Origin: a virus
Taxonomy: Duplodnaviria > Caudoviricetes
Length of the DNA: 64,000 bases
Virus record (IMG/VR): IMGVR_UViG_2912723979_000001
Span: 23,894-87,893 of that record
Direction: 5' to 3' (one strand)
Shown here one piece after another: positions 55,796-64,000 of the stretch (its first letter is position 1; every line of letters begins with the position of its first letter). The position numbers were made by a program, and so were the translations under genes. Under the pieces are notes generated by a model, which ran no database searches, was not told where the DNA came from, and saw only the letters and a list, made by a program, of their open reading frames with translations.

Positions 55796-56887
55796 TTAGG
55801 ACGGCACAGCCATCGCGCACTCCACACACCGGCCCCGGATACGCCCTGGGTGGTCGGGGCACCGCTCACGGCCGTCAGCCCCCCGCGCGGCGCCCGGGCG
55901 GGTCCGCACACGGTCATAGCGCCTCAGGTCATCGATCCAGCCGGGAAGACACCTCACCCAGGACTTCGCACCGACGGTGTTGCGGAAGATCTCCGCCTCG
56001 AGCTGGGAACGCTGTTCCTCGTCCAGTTCGGCCAGCTTCGGCCAGCCCTGGGCCCGCAGCGCCCGCAGCAGCCGGGGGGCGTTCTTCTGGGCGGTTGCAC
56101 CGCCGGCCTGCCAGCGCTTCATCTGCTGCAAGAAGTCCTCGGCCTGGCTGATCTCTTCGGGGAGGAACTCCCGCCCCTCCTCCGTCTGTGACGGGTGCGG
56201 CCGCGTGTTGCCGGTGAGGGGGTAGGGGGAGGAGGAATCCTCCTCCTCCGGGGGGTGTGGGGGGAGAGGCATTCCGCGTCCCGGAACGCCGGAAGCGTCC
56301 TGACCTGCGGGAACGTACCGATTGACGCTTCCCGGAACGCCGGATCCGTCGTTACCGCTTCCGGCGTTCCGGGAAGCGTTCCCACCTGCGGTTTTCCCAG
56401 CTTCCCCGAACGACGGATCCGGCGTTCCGGGAAGCGTTCCCACCTGCGGTTTCCTATCCGTCTCGGTGAGCGGATCCGTGCCAGCCTGGCGGGCCTGCCA
56501 GTCAGGATTCCAAGCCGGGTTGTCGAACGTCTCGTACACCACCGGACCCTTACGCCCGGGAAGATCCGGGTGCGGCAACTGCGTCCGACGCAGGTACCCC
56601 GCGTCCACCAGGCGGGCGAACGACTCGTACACCGCGTTCTTGCCCACCAACTCCTTGGCGTTCTTCGCCGACCGGATCCCGCGGCCATGGAGCTGCTTCC
56701 ACACCGTCATGGGGGTCGACTGCATGCCGGATGCCAGGTTGAACATCACCTGGAGCATCACGACGTAGTCCAGACTGTGTACGAGGTCAGCGCCTACGCC
56801 GAGATGAGCAGGCACAGAGATGCCGCTCGCGGGGGCCTGCGCCCGGACGATCCGCCCAGACTCATCAATGCCGGGCTGCTGCGTCAC
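55796..56887 (-). CDS. Phage replication initiator (wHTH) upstream of helicase
   Basis: GKNAVYESFARLVDAGYL wHTH, repeat-rich linker; initiator-helicase gene order. Confidence 0.75.
   Translation of the reverse strand: MTQQPGIDESGRIVRAQAPASGISVPAHLGVGADLVHSLDYVVMLQVMFNLASGMQSTPMTVWKQLHGRGIRSAKNAKELVGKNAVYESFARLVDAGYLRRTQLPHPDLPGRKGPVVYETFDNPAWNPDWQARQAGTDPLTETDRKPQVGTLPGTPDPSFGEAGKTAGGNASRNAGSGNDGSGVPGSVNRYVPAGQDASGVPGRGMPLPPHPPEEEDSSSPYPLTGNTRPHPSQTEEGREFLPEEISQAEDFLQQMKRWQAGGATAQKNAPRLLRALRAQGWPKLAELDEEQRSQLEAEIFRNTVGAKSWVRCLPGWIDDLRRYDRVRTRPGAARGADGRERCPDHPGRIRGRCVECAMAVPS
56280..56452. repeat. Iteron-like origin inside initiator gene
   Basis: 35-bp perfect direct repeat at 56360-56394 and 56418-56452 plus two inverted CCGGCGTTCCGGG cores at 56280 and 56327. 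Confidence 0.8.
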
Positions 56888-57126
56888 CGGTTCACCTCCG
56901 CCGTGCGGAGGATCATGCCTTGCCCACTTGCCGATACGCCAGCAAGTACGGGTACCCTCATCGCTGAGGCCCTTCTGCTCTGGTGGGACTCGAAAATCCA
57001 GCGGGCTGGCACCCGCTGTGACTTGCTAGGACGGCCGGCTAGAGGTTGCTGCGACCTCGATGACCCGGCCGTTCGTGCTTTCAGGGACCGGCGCTGCAGT
57101 TCCGGTGCCCGTAACGCGGTGGTCAC
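56884..57126 (-). CDS. Hypothetical protein
   Basis: Couples neighbours by GTGA overlaps; weak composition. Confidence 0.35.
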   Translation of the reverse strand: MTTALRAPELQRRSLKARTAGSSRSQQPLAGRPSKSQRVPARWIFESHQSRRASAMRVPVLAGVSASGQGMILRTAEVNR

Positions 57127-57434
57127 GACTCGGGGCCGCTAGCGCGCGGCTTCAGAGCAGGTCCGCGGCCTGTCGGTGGGTGTCTCTCGAGGTACTCCAG
57201 GAGCCGCTCAGTGCGCATCATCCGGGTCCGGCCCGCGATCAGATACGGCTCTTGGTGGGGTCCATTGCCGAACGGCCACGCCTCTTCCTCGGGTGTGGTT
57301 TTGCTGCTTCTGGCGGTTGCCATGTAGCGCAGGCCACGCGGGGTCATGCTGCTGGCGAGCCCGTGGCGGACGATGAGCGCGGCAGCGTCGGTGAACGAGA
57401 CGTAGTCGGGGTAGTCGCGCTTGGTCATCGGCAC
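57123..57434 (-). CDS. Small DNA-binding protein (AlpA/excisionase-like)
   Basis: YVSFTDAAALIVRHG...LRYMA; TACTTCC-7-GGAAGTA palindrome just upstream (57448-57468). Confidence 0.6.
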   Translation of the reverse strand: MPMTKRDYPDYVSFTDAAALIVRHGLASSMTPRGLRYMATARSSKTTPEEEAWPFGNGPHQEPYLIAGRTRMMRTERLLEYLERHPPTGRGPALKPRASGPES

Positions 57435-57600
57435 GCCCGACGTGGATTACTTCCGTTGAAAGGAAGTAGGCTCATGCTGAACTCCTTGACTGGGGTTCCC
57501 CACCGACGAAGATTTCGCAGGTCAGCGTCGCGTGGGGCGGCCGGCTGGCCCCTCGGGGCTGGTCGGCCGTATTGCTCTCTCGGTGTCTAACGCCAGCGGT

Positions 57601-58866
57601 CTACTCCAGGGCATCAGCCCTATCTGCCAGCGCCATCAGCTCGGGCGGGGCACCAGCTCCCTCGACAAGGACCAGCTCCCGGATTGCTTTCCGGGCGGCT
57701 ACGTGCGTGCGCACCGTCTCGGGGGTCAGCTCCTCGGCCCGCAACAGGCATGCCAGAGCCTCGCCCGTGTGGCGACGCTGCGCGTGCGCTCGCCCCAGGT
57801 CCATCAGCAGCCGTCCCTGTCGCTCCGGTGACAGCGCCTCGGCGTTGATCCCACGACCGATGTCCAGAGCCTCGCCGGCGTCACCCAGCTCCACCGCGGT
57901 GGACACGGCCTGGATCTCGACGTTGGTGGCGCCGAACTCCAGGTTGAAGTCGTTACGATCTTCCCCGATTCGCGCTGCCAGGTCGCGGGCCTTCGCCAGT
58001 TCATCTCGGGCCTCGGTGCGCTGTGCTGCACGGGCATGGACCAGGGCAAGAGCCAGATGAAGCGAGCCCAAGACGGACATGCCCTGCACGGCGAGCTTGC
58101 CCTGGCCGTCGATGGCCTCAAGAGCCGCGATAGCCGTGTTGGCCGCATGCTCGGCCTGGTTTAGGCGCTTGAGCCGGACGAACGCCTGAACCATGCGGAA
58201 GACGCCGGCACCCACATGCAGTGGGTCACCGGACTTCTCCGCAGCCCAGATAGCCCGGTCAGCAGCGACCCAGGCAGCATCGGCCTCGTCCTGCCGGACG
58301 AACGCCGCAGCCAGCGCCTGATAGGTGCGGGCGAGGAGCAGGTACGCATCAGCTTGCCGATCCTCGCTGACGACTCTGACTGTCTGCTCCAGGTCGGGAA
58401 GCAGATCGGTCAGACGAGCGCTGACGTCGGCGAAGTTGCCCTCGTGGGTCTCCTGCCACATCGTCTCTACTTCGCCAGCCAACTCCTCGATGGAGCGCCG
58501 CGGCGTAGGGCGGACAGCACCCAGCAGGGTGCCGATCGCAGGGTGCCCGGAGATCAGCTTTCGGGCCTCCTCCAGATCGTTGGACCGGTACTCGGGCTGC
58601 GGCACGGCTCCGTTCGCCGCACTCGGCAGGGGAGCACCCGGCCGGAGCTGCTGGACGGACACACCGAGGGCATCAGCCAGGTCCTGGAGAACGTCTATCC
58701 GCTCAACAGGCTGCACACCGCGCTCCACCTGAGACATCCAGCTGGACGTCTTCTGCAGCTTTGCGGCGAGTTGCTGCTGGGTTAGGTTCCGCTCCTTCCG
58801 GAGCCGCTGCACATGCCGACCGAAGGCGCGATCCTTCGGCTCGACCTCCTTTCCTGTGGGCTTCAC
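57601..58866 (-). CDS. XRE HTH + TPR-like helical repeat repressor
   Basis: GRHVQRLRKERNLTQQQLAAKLQKTSSWMSQVERG; ~300 aa all-helical C-terminus. Confidence 0.85.
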   Translation of the reverse strand: MKPTGKEVEPKDRAFGRHVQRLRKERNLTQQQLAAKLQKTSSWMSQVERGVQPVERIDVLQDLADALGVSVQQLRPGAPLPSAANGAVPQPEYRSNDLEEARKLISGHPAIGTLLGAVRPTPRRSIEELAGEVETMWQETHEGNFADVSARLTDLLPDLEQTVRVVSEDRQADAYLLLARTYQALAAAFVRQDEADAAWVAADRAIWAAEKSGDPLHVGAGVFRMVQAFVRLKRLNQAEHAANTAIAALEAIDGQGKLAVQGMSVLGSLHLALALVHARAAQRTEARDELAKARDLAARIGEDRNDFNLEFGATNVEIQAVSTAVELGDAGEALDIGRGINAEALSPERQGRLLMDLGRAHAQRRHTGEALACLLRAEELTPETVRTHVAARKAIRELVLVEGAGAPPELMALADRADALE

Positions 58867-59189
58867 GGTGCCTCCGGTGATTGGGGCCGCTTGCCGGCCG
58901 TCTCGTTGAGGAACTGCACGTCCACGCCGACCAAGTACTGCTCGCGTTCGGCCAGCATCCGCTTCGTGTGGGGCTGGTTCTCATGGGCCTCGAAGGCGTT
59001 CTTGTCGGCGTACAGCTCGTAGAAGACGCGCACCAGGGGCTCGTCCACGGGGGTGTGGCTTACGTAGACCAGCGTTCCGGGTTCGGTGCGGATGCCCTCG
59101 AGCGTGCGGGCGACCAGGGCGTCGAACTGCTGAGCTGCATCGGCGTCGCGGCACTTGAACCGCACGGTGAGTGCGTATCCGCTTGTCAC
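58863..59189 (-). CDS. ABM-family (antibiotic biosynthesis monooxygenase-like) protein
   Basis: GTG 59189 after GGAGGAG; EPGTLVY, FYELYADKNAFEAHENQPH; stop overlaps repressor start. Confidence 0.85.
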   Translation of the reverse strand: MTSGYALTVRFKCRDADAAQQFDALVARTLEGIRTEPGTLVYVSHTPVDEPLVRVFYELYADKNAFEAHENQPHTKRMLAEREQYLVGVDVQFLNETAGKRPQSPEAP

Positions 59190-59231
59190 TGCTCCTCCAT
59201 TCGTCATGCGCACAGTCTCACATGTGAAGTG

Positions 59232-59295
59232 ATTGTGCTACCTCGCACTAAAACTTGCAAGGACTGTTGACTCGCACTGCCAGTGCGAGTAGCTT
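59232..59295. promoter_or_regulatory. Divergent promoter switch with operator
   Basis: Plus TTGACT-17-TAGCTT with ACTCGCACTG-C-CAGTGCGAGT (59270-90); minus TTGCAA-17-CACAAT with CTCGCACT half-site in spacer. Confidence 0.85.
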
Positions 59296-59403
59296 CATGG
59301 GTGTCGCCCCAACCGGGGCAGCAAAAAGGGCCCGGTGCGCGAACACCGAGCCCATGCAGCACCAGACATAGCCCTGCCTGACGTAACCAGGAGGCCGATC
59401 CGA

Positions 59404-59793
59404 ATGCAGCGCACCCAGGATCGCACACGTACTGCCAGTAAGTCCCCCGCCATCTCTCAGGCCGACGAGGCTCTGCGCCGAGTCCGCGCCACCACCCCGC
59501 AGGACTCCACGGCCCGCGAGATGCTGGCCCGCCGCGCCGGCCTCCAGCTCCTCCGCGGCCTCACCGACATCACGCGCAACCACCCCCACCCCCACGGCAC
59601 CACCCTTCGGGTCACCGTCACCGTCATCGACAGCGGCGAGGACCTCGGCTCGGTCGACGTGGACTCCACGAACGCCAGCGACATCGGCTGGCTCGCGTCC
59701 CGCCGTAACAGCACCGTCCGCACCGCGGCGGCCCCCGCCCCGGCACCTGCCGCGAACGGCCGGCCCAGCCTGCACATCGTGAGGGGCGCCTGA
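59404..59793 (+). CDS. Hypothetical protein
   Basis: GGAGG RBS, first gene of rightward operon. Confidence 0.6.
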   Translation: MQRTQDRTRTASKSPAISQADEALRRVRATTPQDSTAREMLARRAGLQLLRGLTDITRNHPHPHGTTLRVTVTVIDSGEDLGSVDVDSTNASDIGWLASRRNSTVRTAAAPAPAPAANGRPSLHIVRGA

Positions 59794-60194
59794 TGTTCAA
59801 CCCGACGCCGGGCGACGACCGCCCCACCAACGACCCCACCACGGTCATCCTCGACCTGCTGAACGCGTTCCTCGGCCTGTCCGACGACACCGAGAACGCC
59901 GGCCGGCTCATGCTCCTCGGCCCCACCGGCGCCTTCATCGGCGACGCCTCCCTCTCCACCCAGGACATGCAGATCGCCATCAAGGCCCTCGCCGCGGCGA
60001 AGGCCCTCACCGAGGCCACCAAGGGCATGGACCTGCCGGGCGACACCCCGCTCGACCCCGCCCTGGAGAACGAGCTGGAAGAGCACTGCATCGGCCTGGA
60101 CACCGAGTTCCTGATGGAACTGGCCGCACAGGACCCGAACAGCGCGGTCGCCGCGTTCGACGAGATCACCACGCAGTGGGACGGCGAACTCTGA
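59793..60194 (+). CDS. Acidic hypothetical protein
   Basis: TGATG coupling. Confidence 0.6.
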   Translation: MFNPTPGDDRPTNDPTTVILDLLNAFLGLSDDTENAGRLMLLGPTGAFIGDASLSTQDMQIAIKALAAAKALTEATKGMDLPGDTPLDPALENELEEHCIGLDTEFLMELAAQDPNSAVAAFDEITTQWDGEL

Positions 60195-60667
60195 TGACCA
60201 CGCACCACACGTCCGTGCTGGACGGGACCGAACTCGGTGACCTTCTGGCAGATCTCGCGGACGGCAGCAATATCCACCCCGGCATCCGCTTGATCGCCGC
60301 TGGCTACCGGGCCATCGCTGAAGACCAAAGCCTGAGCATCCCCGCTACTCAGCTCCTCATCGCGCAGCTTTCCGCAGCAGCTGATGGCGTCACCGTCGTT
60401 GCTGCCGCAGGACGCCTCATCGAGTGGCTGACCTCAGAGAACCCGGTGCTCGCCTCACTGCCGGACGCCATCCGGAAGACGGTCCAGCGCCAGGGCGAAC
60501 TCGCCTGCAGTGCACTCCGTGACACCGAACTCACCGCCCTGGCCTCCGAGGCCTGCGCCGCCCTCGACACCCGGAAGGAGGTGCACCCCGTGACCGACAC
60601 CGAGCGAAAGGAGCTGTCTCAGAAGGTCGCCGACGCCAACCGGCAGTCCACCAACCGACCCAAGTAA
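60194..60667 (+). CDS. Hypothetical protein
   Basis: TGATG coupling. Confidence 0.6.
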   Translation: MTTHHTSVLDGTELGDLLADLADGSNIHPGIRLIAAGYRAIAEDQSLSIPATQLLIAQLSAAADGVTVVAAAGRLIEWLTSENPVLASLPDAIRKTVQRQGELACSALRDTELTALASEACAALDTRKEVHPVTDTERKELSQKVADANRQSTNRPK

Positions 60668-60756
60668 CCACCCCTCACCGGGGCCGGCGGTCGATGCAGA
60701 CAACGATCCACCGGCCCCATCCCGGACTCCACACCCACCGAAAGGACCGCCACCCC

Positions 60757-61035
60757 ATGACCACCACTCAGACGACCGCCTGGCCGGAGGGTGTTCTCGC
60801 CCGCTACCTGACCATCGGCGAAGCCACCGTGGACATCTGGTACGACAGCGGCGACGTCAAGGCCAAGTGCCAGGGCGAGCGCTGCCCGTGGACGGACCGC
60901 CAGATCACCGAGGTCTTCTACACCGACACCGACGAGGTGCGGGACCAGAAGATCGCCGACGCGCTGCCGAGCCTCCAGCGTGCCGCCCAGGCCCACGCCG
61001 GGAAGTGCCGCGCCATGCCTCGCCCCACCGCCTGA
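60757..61035 (+). CDS. Zn-binding hypothetical protein
   Basis: WPEGVLARYLT...ATVDI...C..C.W...AQAHAGKC; paralog at 61552. Confidence 0.65.
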   Translation: MTTTQTTAWPEGVLARYLTIGEATVDIWYDSGDVKAKCQGERCPWTDRQITEVFYTDTDEVRDQKIADALPSLQRAAQAHAGKCRAMPRPTA

Positions 61036-61174
61036 TCCAACTGGCTGGCCATCAGCCAGCCCACCGGGCCACTGGCCCGGCCTGAGGCCGCCCCGCCCAC
61101 TCCATCCCCCGCCACGGCGGGACGGCCCCAAGCCCGACCAGCACCCACCACCCCAACCCGCGAAAGGAACCACC

Positions 61175-61378
61175 GTGAAGCAGACCACCAAGACCCAGAC
61201 GGTGATGTGGGCCATCACCATCCTCCTCACCGCCCGCCTCATCTACGCGGCCATCCAGCACCACCTGGCCGTCCTCGACACCGCGGCCATCGCCCTCACC
61301 GCCAGCTACGGCTTCAAGGCCGCCCTGGAGAACGTGACCACCTCCATCTGCCGCGCCCGCACCGGAGGCACCCGATGA
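61175..61378 (+). CDS. Small two-TM protein
   Basis: AAAGGA RBS, hydrophobic helices. Confidence 0.55.
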   Translation: MKQTTKTQTVMWAITILLTARLIYAAIQHHLAVLDTAAIALTASYGFKAALENVTTSICRARTGGTR

Positions 61379-61527
61379 CCGGCCCCGAGTTCGCCGCCGC
61401 CCACGGCAACGACAGCAGCACCTGGACCACCGCCGACTTCGAGACCGAGATCAACCTCGCCGAGATCGACGCCTACCGCGCCAACCCCACCACCACCGAC
61501 ACCCCCAACCACGACCTCGCCGCCTGA
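61375..61527 (+). CDS. Small acidic protein
   Basis: MTGPEFAAAHG...WTTADFE. Confidence 0.55.
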   Translation: MTGPEFAAAHGNDSSTWTTADFETEINLAEIDAYRANPTTTDTPNHDLAA

Positions 61528-61551
61528 CCACCAGAAAGGACACCACCCCCC

Positions 61552-61941
61552 ATGACCACCACCAGCGACCTCATCCAGCGCGCCACCACCCTCCTGCGCC
61601 CCGCCGACATCCCCGCCCGCGACCTCACCAAGGCCGACACCCTCGCCCGCATCGCCACCGCCCAAGCCCTCAACACCCTCGCCACCCGCGACACCACCCC
61701 CCAACCCACCGAGCCCTGGCCCACCGGCGTCACCGCCCGCTTCCTCACCCGCGCCGCCATCCTCACCGGCAACAACACTGCCACCGTCGACATCCACGAC
61801 GACACCAGCCGCTCCCACGCCCGCTGCACGTCCTGCGGCTGGACCAAGAGCAACGGCATCGCCTACCGGAGCGAGGTCATCGAGTGGGCGCAGGACCACG
61901 CCACCCAGTGCACCGCCCTCCCGCAGCCCACCACCGTCTGA
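61552..61941 (+). CDS. Zn-binding hypothetical protein
   Basis: WPTGVTARFLT...ATVDI...CTSCGW...AQDHATQC. Confidence 0.65.
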   Translation: MTTTSDLIQRATTLLRPADIPARDLTKADTLARIATAQALNTLATRDTTPQPTEPWPTGVTARFLTRAAILTGNNTATVDIHDDTSRSHARCTSCGWTKSNGIAYRSEVIEWAQDHATQCTALPQPTTV

Positions 61942-61960
61942 CCAGGAAGGACAACCACAC

Positions 61961-62341
61961 GTGGCCACCATCCAGATCATCTCCTTCGGCTACGGCCACA
62001 ACCCCGCACCCACCGCCCACATCACCCTCGACCTCCGCCACCACTTCCGCGACCCCCACATCCAGCCCAGCCTCCGCACCCTCACCGCCAACGACCGAGC
62101 CGTACGCCGAACCGTCCTCAACACCCCCGGCATCCGACCCCTCCTCACCGCCACCACCCGGCAGATCAACGCCTACGCTGCCGGCCCCTCCGGCGGCACC
62201 ATCACCGTCGCCACCGGATGCGTCGGCGGCCGGCACAGGTCAGCAGTCACCGCCAACGCGCTCGCCCGACGGCTCCGCCGCCGCGGCCACACCGTCACCG
62301 TCGAACACCGCGACCTCCACCGCCCCCTCATCAACCACTGA
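61961..62341 (+). CDS. Stand-alone RapZ C-terminal-domain protein
   Basis: IISFGYGH, DLRHHFRDP, VATGCVGGRHRSA, VEHRDL. Confidence 0.85.
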   Translation: MATIQIISFGYGHNPAPTAHITLDLRHHFRDPHIQPSLRTLTANDRAVRRTVLNTPGIRPLLTATTRQINAYAAGPSGGTITVATGCVGGRHRSAVTANALARRLRRRGHTVTVEHRDLHRPLINH

Positions 62342-62365
62342 CCCCTAGAGCGGACACCGATCCCG

Positions 62366-62590
62366 ATGCTCAAGACGCTCCATAAGCGCCGCACCGCCCG
62401 CCGCTACCGCATCGCCCTCGCCGCCGTCTGGCGAGCCCACCTCAGCACCCTCGACTCCCAGGCCGAGCCCACCACCAGCGACGTCATCGCGGCCGCCTAC
62501 CAGCAGCACGGCACCCGTCTTACCGAGACCGAAGTCCGCACCGCACTCACCAACTTCGGCCGTCGCCGCGCCACCCCTGTCGCCGTCTGA
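62366..62590 (+). CDS. Hypothetical protein
   Basis: 74 aa basic. Confidence 0.55.
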   Translation: MLKTLHKRRTARRYRIALAAVWRAHLSTLDSQAEPTTSDVIAAAYQQHGTRLTETEVRTALTNFGRRRATPVAV

Positions 62591-62621
62591 CCTGACCCCA
62601 CACCACCGGAAGGACCCTGCT

Positions 62622-63779
62622 GTGACCACCGTCCAGGCCCCCCAGGCCACCACCGAACGCGCACCCGTGCGCTCGCTGACCGGCGGGCAGATCACGGTGC
62701 TCACCCTCGCCACCATCCCCATGATCGCCGTAGGTGCCGCTGGCGCAGTCGGCACCTACGGCAACGCCAAGGCAGTCCTGCACCGCTCCGAGACTGCCCT
62801 CGGTGTCGTTGCCGCCGGCGAAGGTGCCACCCTCGTTGCCGCCCTCGTCATGATCGGCGTCACCATGCTCGGCCAATCCGCCCCCCGCGTCGCCCGCACC
62901 GCACTCTGGCTGCTCCCTGCCGCCGCCTCCACCATGGGCCTCGCCATCGCCCCCACCGCCCGCGAAGCCGTCGTCTACGCCCTCACCCCCCTCGCCATGA
63001 CCGCCTCAGCCGAAGGCATCAGTTTCCTCGCCCGCCGCATCGTCTCCCACACCACCGGCATCGACGTCGAAGCCCACCGCCGCAACGCCGAGACCATGCG
63101 CCGGATCGCCTTCCACGCGGCTCAGTCCGAGCGCCACCCCGACGAGAAGGTACGAGCCGACTCAGCGCTCAAGGCATGGAAGCTGATGCGGGAGATCGGC
63201 GAGGGAGACGCACAGCTCGGCTCAGGACTCATCACCGTCCAGCGAGACCGGCTCACCCAGGGAGCCGACGCTGCCCTCATGGCCATGCTCACCGGCACCC
63301 GTGAGCCCCGTGAGCCCATCCCGGCTCACCCCGAGCCGCGGGCCATCGAGCCCAGCGAGACGACCCCTGAGCCGCTCGCTGAGCCGACCGGGAGCACCGT
63401 GATCCTCAGCCAGACAACCGGCTCAACCTCCCCGGCTCACACCCCGCACCTCCCCGACACCCGGCCGATCATCCAGCCCTCTGACCAGGTGATCCGCCGT
63501 GAGCCCGTCTTGAGCCCGGCTGAGCCCGCCTTCGCCAAGCCCCACCAGGCAGCCAGTGAGACGGCCACTGAGCCGGTCCCCGCTGAGACGGATGAGCCTG
63601 AGCCGGGAGCCGACGAGAAGGAACAGCAGATCGCCACCCTGGCTCACCGGCTCAAGACCGGCGAGCGGCTCACCAAGAGCACAGCGGCTCAGCTCCTCGG
63701 AGTGAGCCCGGCGACCGCCGGACGTCGGCTCAAGGACGCCCGCGACCGGATCGGTGAAGGGACCGGGTTCTACGCATGA
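62622..63779 (+). CDS. Multi-TM, Pro/Glu linker, C-terminal HTH protein (Spd/DUF2637-like plasmid spread protein)
   Basis: About four N-terminal TMs, coiled region, LTKSTAAQLLGVSPATAGRRLKDAR HTH. Confidence 0.7.
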   Translation: MTTVQAPQATTERAPVRSLTGGQITVLTLATIPMIAVGAAGAVGTYGNAKAVLHRSETALGVVAAGEGATLVAALVMIGVTMLGQSAPRVARTALWLLPAAASTMGLAIAPTAREAVVYALTPLAMTASAEGISFLARRIVSHTTGIDVEAHRRNAETMRRIAFHAAQSERHPDEKVRADSALKAWKLMREIGEGDAQLGSGLITVQRDRLTQGADAALMAMLTGTREPREPIPAHPEPRAIEPSETTPEPLAEPTGSTVILSQTTGSTSPAHTPHLPDTRPIIQPSDQVIRREPVLSPAEPAFAKPHQAASETATEPVPAETDEPEPGADEKEQQIATLAHRLKTGERLTKSTAAQLLGVSPATAGRRLKDARDRIGEGTGFYA

Positions 63780-63782
63780 GCC
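63119..63782. repeat. Array of 23 TGAGCC/GGCTCA hexamers
   Basis: 11 GGCTCA and 12 TGAGCC counted by eye, in mixed frames and both orientations. Confidence 0.8.
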
Positions 63783-63919
63783 GCACCCAACCGGAGACCA
63801 AGCCGCGGGTGGTAGCCCCGCCTGCGGCCCCGGCCCGCACCCCCCACACCAGCCCGGCGCCGGCCACCCGGCTACCGCCCACCGAAGCCCCGAACCCGAA
63901 GCCCGAGAAGACTGCCTGA
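63776..63919 (+). CDS. Small Pro-rich protein (47 aa)
   Basis: ATGA coupling; followed by AGGAGG and an open frame running off the window. Confidence 0.4.
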   Translation: MSRTQPETKPRVVAPPAAPARTPHTSPAPATRLPPTEAPNPKPEKTA

Positions 63920-64000
63920 AAGGAGTGCAGGAGGTGGCCGCAGAGACGATCAACAGCTTCTCCCTCAGCCCTTCAACGACAACCCCGGACACTACGGTGA

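Larger units (their letters stand above)
1..64000. mobile_element. Temperate actinophage / probable phage-plasmid (partial; head genes outside window)
   Basis: Tail, endolysin and holin genes plus phage-type early genes, ParA, Rep-like and DnaB genes; no host housekeeping genes seen; Streptomyces-like GC and codon usage. Confidence 0.9.

Noticed and set aside
1-64000. tRNA, rRNA, attP/attL core, IS elements, cas or retron genes
   Set aside because: None recognisable by eye; tRNAscan, Infernal and IS searches would be needed to exclude them firmly

Overview
The whole window is high-GC actinobacterial DNA, most likely a Streptomyces temperate siphovirus-type element. Left end (1-9 kb): tail genes from the end of the tape measure through Dit, minor tail and fibre, then a lysis block (papain-like protease, stand-alone wall-binding protein, GH25 endolysin, holin, collagen-like protein). 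The remaining 55 kb is early/accessory DNA: two tyrosine-recombinase-fold genes, XRE/WYL/RHH/WhiB regulators, a Rad52-like annealase, C5 methyltransferase, RuvC-like resolvase and SSB. It has two separate replication modules: Rep-like + DnaA boxes + DciA + ParA/partner + paired palindromes (25-29.7 kb), and initiator with iterons + DnaB (54.3-56.9 kb). The right end is a plasmid-spread-like operon. This architecture suggests a phage-plasmid hybrid. The most unusual cargo is a type III polyketide synthase behind an MmyB-like ligand-binding regulator, a self-contained moron encoding a very acidic domain fused to an Aca2-like HTH, a four-promoter regulon sharing one palindromic operator, a repeat-delimited gene cassette array, and a membrane/HTH gene packed with 23 copies of one hexamer. 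Head and packaging genes are not in the window. All family calls come from motif recognition by eye, not database searches.
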